Virus record (IMG/VR): IMGVR_UViG_3300033067_002020
Span: 11,311 to 75,310 of that record
Reading direction: 5' to 3' (one strand)
DNA length: 64,000 nucleotides
Source: a virus
Taxonomy: Duplodnaviria > Caudoviricetes
Positions within the stretch are counted from its first letter, which is position 1. Each line of letters begins with the position of its first letter. The notes beneath the pieces are model-generated. The model worked only from the letters and a program-made list of their open reading frames with translations. It did not search any database and had not been told where the DNA came from. A program made the position numbers and the translations under genes. Positions 45,987 to 55,993 of the stretch are shown piece by piece.

Positions 45987-46708
45987 TTTATTGTTGATCT
46001 CGAAAGATATTTTTGCAAATCTTCTGGCGTTCCAATTGGGTGATGTTGAAAAATTGGGTAAATTTCAACAAGACCACCACGAGAAATTGTTTCATTGTAG
46101 ACAGGACAAACATAAAACTCATTGTTTGTACGAATGTTTTTTCTGATCATGTTTGATGCGTCAGAGACAAAATCAGAGCCTTTTCGCCAATAGTAAAGAC
46201 CAGTTGTTGCGCAATTACTGATGACTTCTTTTTCAGCAACACGAGACACTCTGTATTTTAAAGGATCGTTTACATCAATTTCAGCGTAACTGTTCTTGAC
46301 ATCATTTGAATGATACGTCACAATAATGCCATCAGCTGTCGATGTAGAAACACAATTCATAAATTGTTGTGGAGTCCAATCCTCAATTTGATCACAATTT
46401 GCAATCAACAAACTATCATCTTGAATGTAATCTTTTGCTAACAAACAAGTTTCAGCCGCACCACGTGTCAAATGACTTGTTGTAATGACTTTGCATCCCG
46501 GCTTCAGTGACGACAACAACAAAATTAGGCGATGATAATCTGGTGCATCTTCTCTAACAACAAACACGTACTTTCCAATATTACCAAGATTATCAAGTAC
46601 TCTGACAATCATTGGTAGACCGTTGACGTCAATTAGTGGCTTTGAATCTTTATATCCATTTTGAGAAAACCTTGTACCACCACCAGCCATCGGAATCAAT
46701 ATATTCAT
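45983..46708 (-). CDS. sugar-phosphate nucleotidyltransferase (NTP_transferase family)
   Basis: LIPMAGGGTRF, KPLIDVNG, TRGAAET, IANCDQ, EKEVIS. Confidence 0.85.
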   Translation of the reverse strand: MNILIPMAGGGTRFSQNGYKDSKPLIDVNGLPMIVRVLDNLGNIGKYVFVVREDAPDYHRLILLLSSLKPGCKVITTSHLTRGAAETCLLAKDYIQDDSLLIANCDQIEDWTPQQFMNCVSTSTADGIIVTYHSNDVKNSYAEIDVNDPLKYRVSRVAEKEVISNCATTGLYYWRKGSDFVSDASNMIRKNIRTNNEFYVCPVYNETISRGGLVEIYPIFQHHPIGTPEDLQKYLSRSTIK

Positions 46709-47529
46709 GTGATGATTTTATTCTTTTGCATGGTCAATGTATTCCAACGATCAGCTTGATATAGCCAAAATTGTGCAAAAGGGTCATCTGCTGGTTTAAC
46801 ACTAGAACCTTTCATGTGAGTTAAAAATGGTTCATTTTCATAATGAAATTCTTGACCAGTTCCTAACCGCGTTGGCTTTGTAAAATTAAAACAAAACCCA
46901 TCAAGACCGTATGGTCGTAATTTCATAGGAAACTCATAGCCAACATCAAGATAAATTCTTGATCCCTTGGGCCGCCCGTATGATAACGCTTGTTCTTTTG
47001 TTACAATTTCGTGCGCGCCCTTATCAGGATGAGGCATAAATGAAATATTGTGTTTTTTCATCAAATTATGTCTAAACATTGCAACAATCAATGCTGGGAA
47101 GTTAACATACTTTGGTAAATTACTGTCTTTAAAATAATCTGTGCCACAAATGACAGTCTTATCAGTTAGCTTTGAAACCATGATTTGGTCCCAATTTTTA
47201 CGCAACATCATGACATCGCAATCCGCAATCAGACAATAATCAGCATCAACATCATCATATAACGATTGAAGAACAAGCGCATGGCCAACTGACCCAGGTT
47301 CTGTTTCAGTATCCACTGATTTGATTTTTAGTTCTGCATGTTGATTAACAAATTCAACATGTGAATATTCAAATTGTGGAAAATTGTTTAATCCAAGTGA
47401 AAATGTTAAATCATATTCACCAGAACAAGTTTCCAACGCAGATTTCATATACTTTGCAACAAACTTGTCAGAATTTTGTCCACATGGAATAATGACTTCA
47501 ATTTTTTCTTTATTCATTCGCAAATCCAA
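46705..47529 (-). CDS. putative GT-A fold glycosyltransferase
   Basis: GHA, IADCDV (DxD), THMKGS; context. Confidence 0.5.
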   Translation of the reverse strand: MDLRMNKEKIEVIIPCGQNSDKFVAKYMKSALETCSGEYDLTFSLGLNNFPQFEYSHVEFVNQHAELKIKSVDTETEPGSVGHALVLQSLYDDVDADYCLIADCDVMMLRKNWDQIMVSKLTDKTVICGTDYFKDSNLPKYVNFPALIVAMFRHNLMKKHNISFMPHPDKGAHEIVTKEQALSYGRPKGSRIYLDVGYEFPMKLRPYGLDGFCFNFTKPTRLGTGQEFHYENEPFLTHMKGSSVKPADDPFAQFWLYQADRWNTLTMQKNKIIT

Positions 47530-48053
47530 TTAGTTTTCAACATGTACATACAAATTTCATCATGATATTCGTTATCACGAAATAATGATTGAACGTGTCT
47601 ACCTTCTTCAAGAAATCCTAGTTTCTTATAGACTTTTTTTGCAATATCGTTATAATCTGCAGTTGTTAGACTTACTCGATGTAAACTTAGTCCTGGGTAT
47701 GTTTTATCAAAACAATAATCAAGCATCAACTTCCACATCGTTATGGCATGTCCCTTACCACGATGTTGAGGATGTATGTCAGCACCTAAAATGCAATTAT
47801 TGTTATTCTTGTCAATGTTGTAAAACTTACAGAATCCAACATTTTCATCATTGACACAAAAAATGAGTCTTTTTTCAGTTTGTGAATTGTTTATTCTATT
47901 CCACCAATTCATATGACTTTTAAAATCAATTGGTGTTGGATCTGTTATATTGCGTAATGTTGTTTGATCATTATGCAATTCAACTAACCACTGATGATCA
48001 TCATCTGACACATATCTTAAACAAGCGTTATCGTATTTTCTTACACATGTCAT
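47514..48053 (-). CDS. GNAT N-acetyltransferase (PseH-like)
   Basis: HMNWW, GADIHPQHRGKG, YKKLGF.EEG; directly downstream of the aminotransferase. Confidence 0.8.
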   Translation of the reverse strand: MTCVRKYDNACLRYVSDDDHQWLVELHNDQTTLRNITDPTPIDFKSHMNWWNRINNSQTEKRLIFCVNDENVGFCKFYNIDKNNNNCILGADIHPQHRGKGHAITMWKLMLDYCFDKTYPGLSLHRVSLTTADYNDIAKKVYKKLGFLEEGRHVQSLFRDNEYHDEICMYMLKTNWICE

Positions 48054-49180
48054 CTACATAACTCAATAACTCTACGAGCAATGTGTTCAATATCTTTTGA
48101 TTTAAGCCACCAACCAACAGGTAAACACAATTGTTGTTTAGAAAATTGTCTCACTCCTGGTAAGTCTGCTTTGAATTTATTAAAACAGGTATATGTGTCA
48201 TTTGGAACGTGAACAACACCTGCTTTAATTCCTTCTGAATTAAGTTTTTGCAATAATTGATCACGTGTTATAGGTGAATTATCAGAAAGCGTAATTCCGT
48301 ACACCCAATGACTTGACAATGCTTTTGGGTGTCTGATCAGTGGATTTACATTACGTAACATTGCATCATAGATTGTTGCATTTTGTCTATGAGCGTCAAT
48401 GATCCCATCAATTCGCCACAAGTTTGCAAGCCCAATTGCAGCTGAAACATTATTCATGTTATGTTTCCAACCTGCTTCAAGAATGTCAACGTCCCACTGT
48501 TGACCTTTCCAGTTTCCAACTTCATCTTTTGATTTGTCTCTATCAAGACCAAACCATTTTAGCGCTTTTGCACGCTCAAAGGTTTCGTTATCAGAACAAA
48601 CAAGTGCGCCCCCATCGCCCGTCGTAAAATGCTTGATGGCTTGAAAGCTATAACAAGTGAAGTCTACAAATTCTGACACAGGTTTGCCCTCAAATAGGGC
48701 TCCAAAGGCATGTGCTGCATCGAGGATTAGTTTTATAGAATGCTTCTTGCAAATATTCTGGACGCTGATTAGGTCAGGTGGTGTACCGCCCCAAGCAACA
48801 ACAACAACTGCTTTTGTTTTTGGTGTTATTTTTGCCTCAATCATCTCTGGTTCTGGCATTCCACTGTGAGGATTAATGTCAGTCCAGACAATGTTCGCAC
48901 CTAAGTTAACAATTGGCGTGTTCGTTGCAACACAAGTCATCGGCGTAGAAACAACATCATCACCAAATCCGACGCCAGAAAGTTGTAATGCCAACGTCAG
49001 TGCAGATGTACAACTATTTGTTAATAACAATTGTTTTGAACCAAGTTTTACTTGCAACGCCTGGGTCAATTCAGTGACTTGAACACCTTCATTTATAAAT
49101 CCTGAATTAAAAACATTTTCAATTTCTTTAAGGGCATGCAAGTTACTGACACCAACACGAAATAATGAATACTCTTTCAT
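48050..49180 (-). CDS. DegT/DnrJ/EryC1/StrS sugar aminotransferase (PseC-like)
   Basis: NSCTSAL, DAAHA, SFQAIKHFTTGDGG (PLP lysine). Confidence 0.92.
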   Translation of the reverse strand: MKEYSLFRVGVSNLHALKEIENVFNSGFINEGVQVTELTQALQVKLGSKQLLLTNSCTSALTLALQLSGVGFGDDVVSTPMTCVATNTPIVNLGANIVWTDINPHSGMPEPEMIEAKITPKTKAVVVVAWGGTPPDLISVQNICKKHSIKLILDAAHAFGALFEGKPVSEFVDFTCYSFQAIKHFTTGDGGALVCSDNETFERAKALKWFGLDRDKSKDEVGNWKGQQWDVDILEAGWKHNMNNVSAAIGLANLWRIDGIIDAHRQNATIYDAMLRNVNPLIRHPKALSSHWVYGITLSDNSPITRDQLLQKLNSEGIKAGVVHVPNDTYTCFNKFKADLPGVRQFSKQQLCLPVGWWLKSKDIEHIARRVIELCR

Positions 49181-50226
49181 GTTGTTGAAATTTCCTCAAT
49201 TTTTTGACCTGAAAATTGATCAAGTTTCATGTCAAACACGTTCAATTTGATTAGGTGTTTTTTAAGTTCTTCTTTTGTTAGAACTTTCATCGAACTGTCA
49301 TAAGATTGAACTTCACGAGAACAAGTTGTTGAAAACACTGGTTCGATTACGTAATTTTTAGCTTTTGAACTCTTGTAATCACAAATTTTTCTTGTTCTTG
49401 TTGCTTCGGATGTGTTGATTAAATCTTCATGTAATTTTTCACCAGGGCGTGAGCCAACAATTCTAATTTTCTTTCCTGATATTTCAGAAAACAATTCAGC
49501 TAAATCACCAATTTTCATTGCTGGTATGACTGGAATCCACGTTTCCCCAGATGCACCATTTACGATGGTTTTGCATATTAGATCAACGCTATCATCAAGC
49601 GTCATTACAAATCTTGTCATTTCAGGATTCGTAACTGTCAAGCAATCATTTTTTTCTGATTGATACTTGAATAGTGGAATTATACTTCCTCGCGACTCAA
49701 GCACATTTCCATATCGAGTACACACAAATGCAACATTATCTTTACGCTCAGTCGATGCTTGACTAGTTATCAACCGTTCAGATATTGCTTTGCACATTCC
49801 ATATGTGTTTATTGGAGATGATGCCTTGTCTGTGCTAACGTATAAAACTGTTTCAAGTCTCTTTGAATGAACGTCATTAATTGCATTTATGACATTTTGC
49901 GTGCCGTGAACATTTGTTTGAATACTTTCCCAAGGCGAAAGTTCACATGTATCAACTTGTTTAAGGGCTGCAGCAAGAATGATAATGTTTGGTTTGACTT
50001 GTCGTATTACGTCTTTGACTCTATTGTAGTCTCTAACATCTCCAACGTAAAATTTGGGTTGTTCAATAGAATATCCTTTGATTGACAGATCGTTTTTAAG
50101 AGTCCACTGTTTTAATTCATCACGTGAATATACACTAATTGAATTGTTATCTGACAATCTATCAATTAGCTTTTTACCAAGTGAACCTGTGCCACCAAAT
50201 ATCAAAATTGACTTGCCTTTGATCAT
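49177..50226 (-). CDS. UDP-GlcNAc 4,6-dehydratase (PseB/FlaA1/CapD-like)
   Basis: GGTGSLG, SRDELKQ, AAALKQV, STDKA, YGMCK, RYGNV..SRGS, RPGEKLHE; no TM domain. Confidence 0.9.
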   Translation of the reverse strand: MIKGKSILIFGGTGSLGKKLIDRLSDNNSISVYSRDELKQWTLKNDLSIKGYSIEQPKFYVGDVRDYNRVKDVIRQVKPNIIILAAALKQVDTCELSPWESIQTNVHGTQNVINAINDVHSKRLETVLYVSTDKASSPINTYGMCKAISERLITSQASTERKDNVAFVCTRYGNVLESRGSIIPLFKYQSEKNDCLTVTNPEMTRFVMTLDDSVDLICKTIVNGASGETWIPVIPAMKIGDLAELFSEISGKKIRIVGSRPGEKLHEDLINTSEATRTRKICDYKSSKAKNYVIEPVFSTTCSREVQSYDSSMKVLTKEELKKHLIKLNVFDMKLDQFSGQKIEEISTT

Positions 50227-51068
50227 TTTGTTCCTTGAAAAATTTGAATCAAATCGTCTTTGACGTCAACTATGAAATCACTGCGAGTTTCTCTATAACC
50301 GATAGAATTTCCATTCTGGACATAACTTCCCATCAAAACAGATTCTGGGGTGTTACCTAACTTTGAATGGAAAATTCCACCGTCTAAAATCGCAGATTGT
50401 TTATGATATTCATGATATAATCTTTGAAAAGTCATCTCATTAAATGACTCTAATTTTGCAAGTTTTTCAAAAATTTCATACATCACTTCAAGACGACTTA
50501 CAGTTGGTATTTTAGCTAAAAAATTGGTTTTGTATATTTTTGCCTTTTCATCAGCAATATCAAACCAAACTCGCTCTCTTGTCAAAAAATTATTCTGTAC
50601 ACACCATGCATATTGTCTTGAATCGACACAAGGTCGTTGTTTATCGTATAGATGACGCTGATTTACGAAAAATTCTTCAACTCTAACAAATCCAACTTTT
50701 CCATTTTCATCTAGAAAATGTTCAACATCTTCTAGACGTTTAAAAGCATCATCTGTATGAATCAAATCTGATTCAATCACATAAAGATATTTGTATTGTC
50801 TTCCTAAAATTGTTTGGTAGTTACGTAACACCCATCGAATCGCACTCCAAAATCCAACGTTGTGTTTGCTTTTTACCACATTTAAAAAATTACTTGTTAG
50901 TATCGTATCAGACTCTGCGATCGTTGATGCATTGTCAAATACGATCATGTGATGTAAAAAATCTTGATCTTCAAATGATTTCAGATTTTGCACAACTTGT
51001 TCAAGAACATTAAATCTTGTTTTTTCTAACGAACAAGTAACTAACAGATACAGAATATCGTTTGTCAT
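50223..51068 (-). CDS. putative GT-A glycosyltransferase-like protein
   Basis: VFDNAS, NVGFW, IESD; context. Confidence 0.55.
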   Translation of the reverse strand: MTNDILYLLVTCSLEKTRFNVLEQVVQNLKSFEDQDFLHHMIVFDNASTIAESDTILTSNFLNVVKSKHNVGFWSAIRWVLRNYQTILGRQYKYLYVIESDLIHTDDAFKRLEDVEHFLDENGKVGFVRVEEFFVNQRHLYDKQRPCVDSRQYAWCVQNNFLTRERVWFDIADEKAKIYKTNFLAKIPTVSRLEVMYEIFEKLAKLESFNEMTFQRLYHEYHKQSAILDGGIFHSKLGNTPESVLMGSYVQNGNSIGYRETRSDFIVDVKDDLIQIFQGTK

Positions 51069-52171
51069 GCTAACCTGTCAAGAAAATCTGACCAATTTTT
51101 CCAATATTGTTCATTGAAAATACGACGTTTCATCTCTAACATGCCATGACGTAAACTTTCAGCAAACTCATGATCATTTTCAATTTTAAGAACTGCAGTG
51201 ACAGCATCTTGAGGAGTGTTCACTAACACACAATTGAATCCATCAATCAAGTATTTTTGTGAACATGATTGTTGTACGTATGATTCAGTTGTAATCATAG
51301 GCGTTCCAGTATTCAATGCATGGAAAAAACACCCGCCGCCCCAATCTGTTTGTTTAAAATGAACTATTGCTTTCAACGTTGATATGAATGCTAGACAGTC
51401 TTTTGGAGATAAAGTTGGAAAGTTTCCTGTCGGCCCATTTTTATGATACCTGATATCAGCACCCATCGAACGAATGTTTCCACCGTAATTTGTGACCGAC
51501 ATTGAATGTTCATTTAACAAATGATTCATTTCAACGAAAAGTCTGTAATCCCTTGGTTGTCTGATTTCAAAGTTATGATTAAACGAAGCAAAACCGTGTC
51601 TACGTTGTTGTGGCGTTACGCCTAACAAATTCAATTCAATTTCATGACACATAATTGTGCATGAATTACTTGATGTTTTAGCGTTTTCATAGCTTGCAGG
51701 AATAATCTTTGCAATGTTTGGTGCCATGACACCACCTGGAGAGATATCCCATGCATTAAGTGTTGATGAAACCCATTTAGCTGAAGGAAAGTGCTCTCTG
51801 GTTATCTGAACATACTTTGAAAGGTATCTTTCACCACCTCGAAGGGTGTGATAAATGTCGATATCATATTTTTGTTGTGTCAAATCAACTATATCACATA
51901 TCAAATCAGTGTTAGACTCGACTGTTTGTTGAGTCAAAAAATAATCTTCACCAAACAAATCATCTTGTGTTCTATCAAATCCATGAATGTCAAAGTTTTT
52001 TTTGCCATCTGAATTTCGACACAACAACATTGGCCACGTAGCAATTTTCGACCATTCAAGACCTAAAGTGCCGTGTTTTGGTAAAAACACGTTATGACCC
52101 AACAATCTATAGTGATAGATGATTGAAAGTTGTCCAGACCTATCATCTGTTGGGAAAATAAACACGTTCAT
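51065..52171 (-). CDS. putative GT-B glycosyltransferase
   Basis: C-terminal ALNTGTPMIT...LIDGFNCVLV. Confidence 0.65.
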   Translation of the reverse strand: MNVFIFPTDDRSGQLSIIYHYRLLGHNVFLPKHGTLGLEWSKIATWPMLLCRNSDGKKNFDIHGFDRTQDDLFGEDYFLTQQTVESNTDLICDIVDLTQQKYDIDIYHTLRGGERYLSKYVQITREHFPSAKWVSSTLNAWDISPGGVMAPNIAKIIPASYENAKTSSNSCTIMCHEIELNLLGVTPQQRRHGFASFNHNFEIRQPRDYRLFVEMNHLLNEHSMSVTNYGGNIRSMGADIRYHKNGPTGNFPTLSPKDCLAFISTLKAIVHFKQTDWGGGCFFHALNTGTPMITTESYVQQSCSQKYLIDGFNCVLVNTPQDAVTAVLKIENDHEFAESLRHGMLEMKRRIFNEQYWKNWSDFLDRLA

Positions 52172-52626
52172 CGTGAAGACTCAAGATAATCGCTACAATA
52201 GCCAGAACACCTGTTTTCAAATAACTTATACGAATCTTTTTCAAGTTTGACAATGACTGATTTTTGTGTGACAGGTTTTCCTGGATAAGTCCAGATGTAT
52301 CCTTTTGATGTTAGCGTATGATCGTCATTTTCATGCCAAAAACAATGAATGTTATTTTCAAGCAAAAATTGCAATGCTTGATGATTTTTTGCATGAACCC
52401 AAATTTTGTCATTTTTCAAAAAATCAACATCAATTTTATATGTCGGTGTGTCATGTCCGAGATACAAACCATTGTAAGGCTCATATTGCTGTGAATCGTC
52501 AATCCAGACATCAACTTCAATATCAAATCCAGCTTGCAAAGCTTCTAACAAATAGTCAGGATGATTTTCCCACTTTGTCTTTCCACACATATTTCCACGA
52601 TGAGCAATCAAATGAAATTCAGACAT
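52168..52626 (-). CDS. GDPD/PI-PLC-like phosphodiesterase-fold protein
   Basis: IAHRGN, DIEVDV, LGHD, WVHAKN, CSD. Confidence 0.75.
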   Translation of the reverse strand: MSEFHLIAHRGNMCGKTKWENHPDYLLEALQAGFDIEVDVWIDDSQQYEPYNGLYLGHDTPTYKIDVDFLKNDKIWVHAKNHQALQFLLENNIHCFWHENDDHTLTSKGYIWTYPGKPVTQKSVIVKLEKDSYKLFENRCSGYCSDYLESSR

Positions 52627-53503
52627 TTAAACTCCTCACATACTCTCTAACAGGATCATCAATTTTACGTTGAATACGTTTCACACCAAACAAAAAATCA
52701 CGATCATATAACTGTTGTTGTTTTTCAAACAACCTACGTTCAAGACAGTATTCTGTTGGTGTTGTAATGTTTCGTACTTGGTCAATCAAATTGTTGTCAA
52801 TCGACACTCTTGGCCATGACATCACTTCACTAAACACATATGGAAACGTTATTTGTGTAGAAAGTTGTTTTGCAAGAGTCGGGTAATAGACTTCTTCTCT
52901 TGCGTATAGAGTGTTGTTGTGATCGTTATCATTTTTTGTTTGATATGATTTGATCTTATCTCTTGCGAAAAACAAATCAATGACTCGAGTCATTTCTTCA
53001 AACAACGTAACATCATAAAAAGTGCCCTCTGGTTGAGAACAACAGATTGAATCTGACCCTACGTAATTTAACATGTCACGTAGTTGATCATCATGTTCAG
53101 CTCTACGTCTGGGGGTCCATTGCATGTCTTTATGAGTCACAAACGTATTAACACCACAATGATGTGAATTAATGTATGATTCAACACCAGACCTAACGAA
53201 CAAATCATTACTAGCATGCAAACAAAACTTGTCGAATCCTTGACCTAGTTGTTGTTTGGCGTACCTAAAGTTAGAATTGTGAGCCTGTATTAGATCGGCC
53301 CAGCCAACGGCTAGAAAATTCTCGTTAATTAGAACACTAGAATCTATTGCATATTCAATGATTAATCTCGGGTCACCTGAGAAGCATCTGTTTATATGAA
53401 CAATTGTAATAGAATTTGGAACGAACTTTCTTATGTTCTGAAGCTGATCAATAACAACAAGAGGTTGTTCATGAACTAACAATGAAATAACAATGGGTTT
53501 CAT
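52619..53503 (-). CDS. hypothetical protein, possible glycosyltransferase
   Basis: LLVHE...VHIN...HASNDLFV...EEVYYPT...KRI; context only. Confidence 0.45.
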   Translation of the reverse strand: MKPIVISLLVHEQPLVVIDQLQNIRKFVPNSITIVHINRCFSGDPRLIIEYAIDSSVLINENFLAVGWADLIQAHNSNFRYAKQQLGQGFDKFCLHASNDLFVRSGVESYINSHHCGVNTFVTHKDMQWTPRRRAEHDDQLRDMLNYVGSDSICCSQPEGTFYDVTLFEEMTRVIDLFFARDKIKSYQTKNDNDHNNTLYAREEVYYPTLAKQLSTQITFPYVFSEVMSWPRVSIDNNLIDQVRNITTPTEYCLERRLFEKQQQLYDRDFLFGVKRIQRKIDDPVREYVRSLNV

Positions 53504-54894
53504 AACAAATTTACGTTCTTCGTAAGATCTTCAGGTGTTCCAAGTCCTAACATTTTATCACATTGAAATATGACGATTTTCTTTCCATCTGCGATTGCTT
53601 CATTGTAAACTGGACAAACATAAAACTCATTGTTTGTGCGAATGTCTTTTTGGATCATCTGTTTAGCATATTTGACATAATCACTACCTTTACGCCAAAA
53701 ATAAATGCCTACGGTTGCGTTATCAGAAATTTGTTGTTTTTCTGCAACTTCAACAACAACGTCAGAAAATTCATTCTGTGTTTTTGCATATGACCATTTA
53801 TCGTCGTTGGCTTTAAACGTAACAATTCCACCGTCGATTTGATTTTTTATTGCTTGAGTCATAAACCTGTTATGATCCCATTCAATGTATTGATCTGAAT
53901 TAATGATGAACAAAGGATCATCATTATTGATGTAATTTTCTGCGTAAAGTGTCGTAGAAACAGTGCCATTTGTCACGGAATCAATTGAAACAGTGACATC
54001 ACCATGATTCAACAGTTCTGCAAAACACCGTTGATATTTTACTAAATGTTCTTGAAGCGCACAATAAACGTATTTCCCAGGAATTCCAACGCTGTCAATT
54101 GACACTTGTACCATTGATTTTCCACGAACGTCAATAAACGGTTTTGGAATTGTGTACCCAGAATTTACAAATCGTTGGCCACGTCCTGCCATTGGTACGA
54201 GAACATTTACGTTTTCTAAACCATGTAAAATGGTCGCATCAAATTGATTAAATCGACAGTTTCTTTCTGCATTTCTAATTTCTCTGATAACATTTCCAAT
54301 GTTTACTTCATCAACAGATTTAACTTTTACAAGATGTGCACCAGAATCTAATGCAGCTTTTTGACCGACTACTGTGTCTTCAAATATGATTGTTTCTGTG
54401 GGACAAACACCACAATCTGACATTATTTGAAGATACGTTTGAGCGTTTGGTTTTTGATATTTGATCTTATCACCACCAACGACAATGTCAACATATTGCC
54501 TAATTTGCATTTTTGTCAAAATTTCATTGACATATACGTCACTTGAATTTGATGCGACACATATCTTTACATCATGATAAAACTTCAATTTTGAAAATAA
54601 AAATGATTTCTCATTATCTTGTTCAATTTCAAAATTGATCATATCAAGTGTATGACGTCTTTTTGAAGTTAAAATTCTACCATGTAGTTCTTTAGGAAAC
54701 CCTTTTTCTTTTGTTAGAATTTCTAATTTCTTAGACGATGAAATTCCATCATACGACTCATACCATTCTTCTGATACTTGAAATGTAGGATTTATTTCTT
54801 CAAGTGCTCTATTAAGAGCGACAAAATGAATATATTTTGAATCAGATATGACTCCATCAAGATCGAAAATTACACACTTAATCCAAGATCTCAT
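53500..54894 (-). CDS. fusion: HAD phosphatase (beta-PGM/CbbY-like) + sugar-phosphate nucleotidyltransferase
   Basis: IFDLDGV, ASNS, KP, IFEDT..G; then VPMAGRGQRF, KPFIDV, INSDQ. Confidence 0.88.
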   Translation of the reverse strand: MRSWIKCVIFDLDGVISDSKYIHFVALNRALEEINPTFQVSEEWYESYDGISSSKKLEILTKEKGFPKELHGRILTSKRRHTLDMINFEIEQDNEKSFLFSKLKFYHDVKICVASNSSDVYVNEILTKMQIRQYVDIVVGGDKIKYQKPNAQTYLQIMSDCGVCPTETIIFEDTVVGQKAALDSGAHLVKVKSVDEVNIGNVIREIRNAERNCRFNQFDATILHGLENVNVLVPMAGRGQRFVNSGYTIPKPFIDVRGKSMVQVSIDSVGIPGKYVYCALQEHLVKYQRCFAELLNHGDVTVSIDSVTNGTVSTTLYAENYINNDDPLFIINSDQYIEWDHNRFMTQAIKNQIDGGIVTFKANDDKWSYAKTQNEFSDVVVEVAEKQQISDNATVGIYFWRKGSDYVKYAKQMIQKDIRTNNEFYVCPVYNEAIADGKKIVIFQCDKMLGLGTPEDLTKNVNLL

Positions 54895-55911
54895 TTAAAC
54901 ACCAATTCCAAATAATTCTCTTCTAAAACGATTAAACCCACCATTTGATATTAATAACGATGAAACGTTTTCATAATTAGCGTTTATTACACTTTCGTCA
55001 ATCATTGACAAAGATTCATTGTAATCAACGTCAGTACGTAAAATACATTTATCATGTAACAATCCATCTTGAGCAAGACCCACATAATGTGACAAAATAG
55101 GTGTTCGAGTGGCCGCACATTCTGGAATTGCTAATGGGCCACCTTCGACACGAGACGTTACTAGATACAAATCAAGACAACTATACAATTCATTGACGGC
55201 TTCAAATGACAGTCTTAGATTTGTGTTAAAATGTGAATGACTAATATTATGTTTTTTAAGTTGTTCAACAACAAATCTGCGTCGCCATGGTGTTAACACA
55301 ACATGTACATCTTTTTTGATTGACTTTGTCACGTCAACAAGAATATCTGGGCCTTTTTCAAGTTTTGGTGCAGAAGACTCACCTTCACTATCTCTTTGAA
55401 AACTGCCAACAAGAAACTTGTCTTGAGGTAATCCATACTTCCGTCGTAAAGATTGAATATTCGCTGCTTTTTTCCACAAACTATCGTTTATCCAAAATGG
55501 AATGTCAATGATTGGTTTTGGTGTTAGGCGAAGTTTATCAAAAATTGTTTCTAGTTGCCATTTAGTATGTTTACAAGGGGTATGATACAATGATGTGATT
55601 TCATGTCTAATGATAAATTTGTTTACTTCTGAAATGTTGTTGAAGAATTTTTCAGAAACCTTTTTATCTGTGTTAATTTGTTGTGTTGTATTAATCAATA
55701 ATGGCGACGTTATGTGATGAACAGTTGTTATCACTTTCTTGGATTTAAGAACAGTGTAAGGAACATGATCAATACACCAATCAGCGCATAACCATATCGT
55801 ATCACAATGATCATAATGTCCCACAGCAATGTCTGAATTGTGTTCATTCCACTCATTCACCAATCTATCAACACACCAATCTTCATGTGGTTGAACTGTG
55901 TAAATTTTCAT
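54895..55911 (-). CDS. glycosyltransferase, GT-B (GT4-like)
   Basis: EKGPD; SRVEGGPLAIPE (Ex7E). Confidence 0.85.
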   Translation of the reverse strand: MKIYTVQPHEDWCVDRLVNEWNEHNSDIAVGHYDHCDTIWLCADWCIDHVPYTVLKSKKVITTVHHITSPLLINTTQQINTDKKVSEKFFNNISEVNKFIIRHEITSLYHTPCKHTKWQLETIFDKLRLTPKPIIDIPFWINDSLWKKAANIQSLRRKYGLPQDKFLVGSFQRDSEGESSAPKLEKGPDILVDVTKSIKKDVHVVLTPWRRRFVVEQLKKHNISHSHFNTNLRLSFEAVNELYSCLDLYLVTSRVEGGPLAIPECAATRTPILSHYVGLAQDGLLHDKCILRTDVDYNESLSMIDESVINANYENVSSLLISNGGFNRFRRELFGIGV

Positions 55912-55993
55912 TACTATTCAAAATATAACAAAAATTTACGTTGTTTAAACGTCAAACGGCACGTAAAGTGCCGTTAAACTTACACAAAATACT

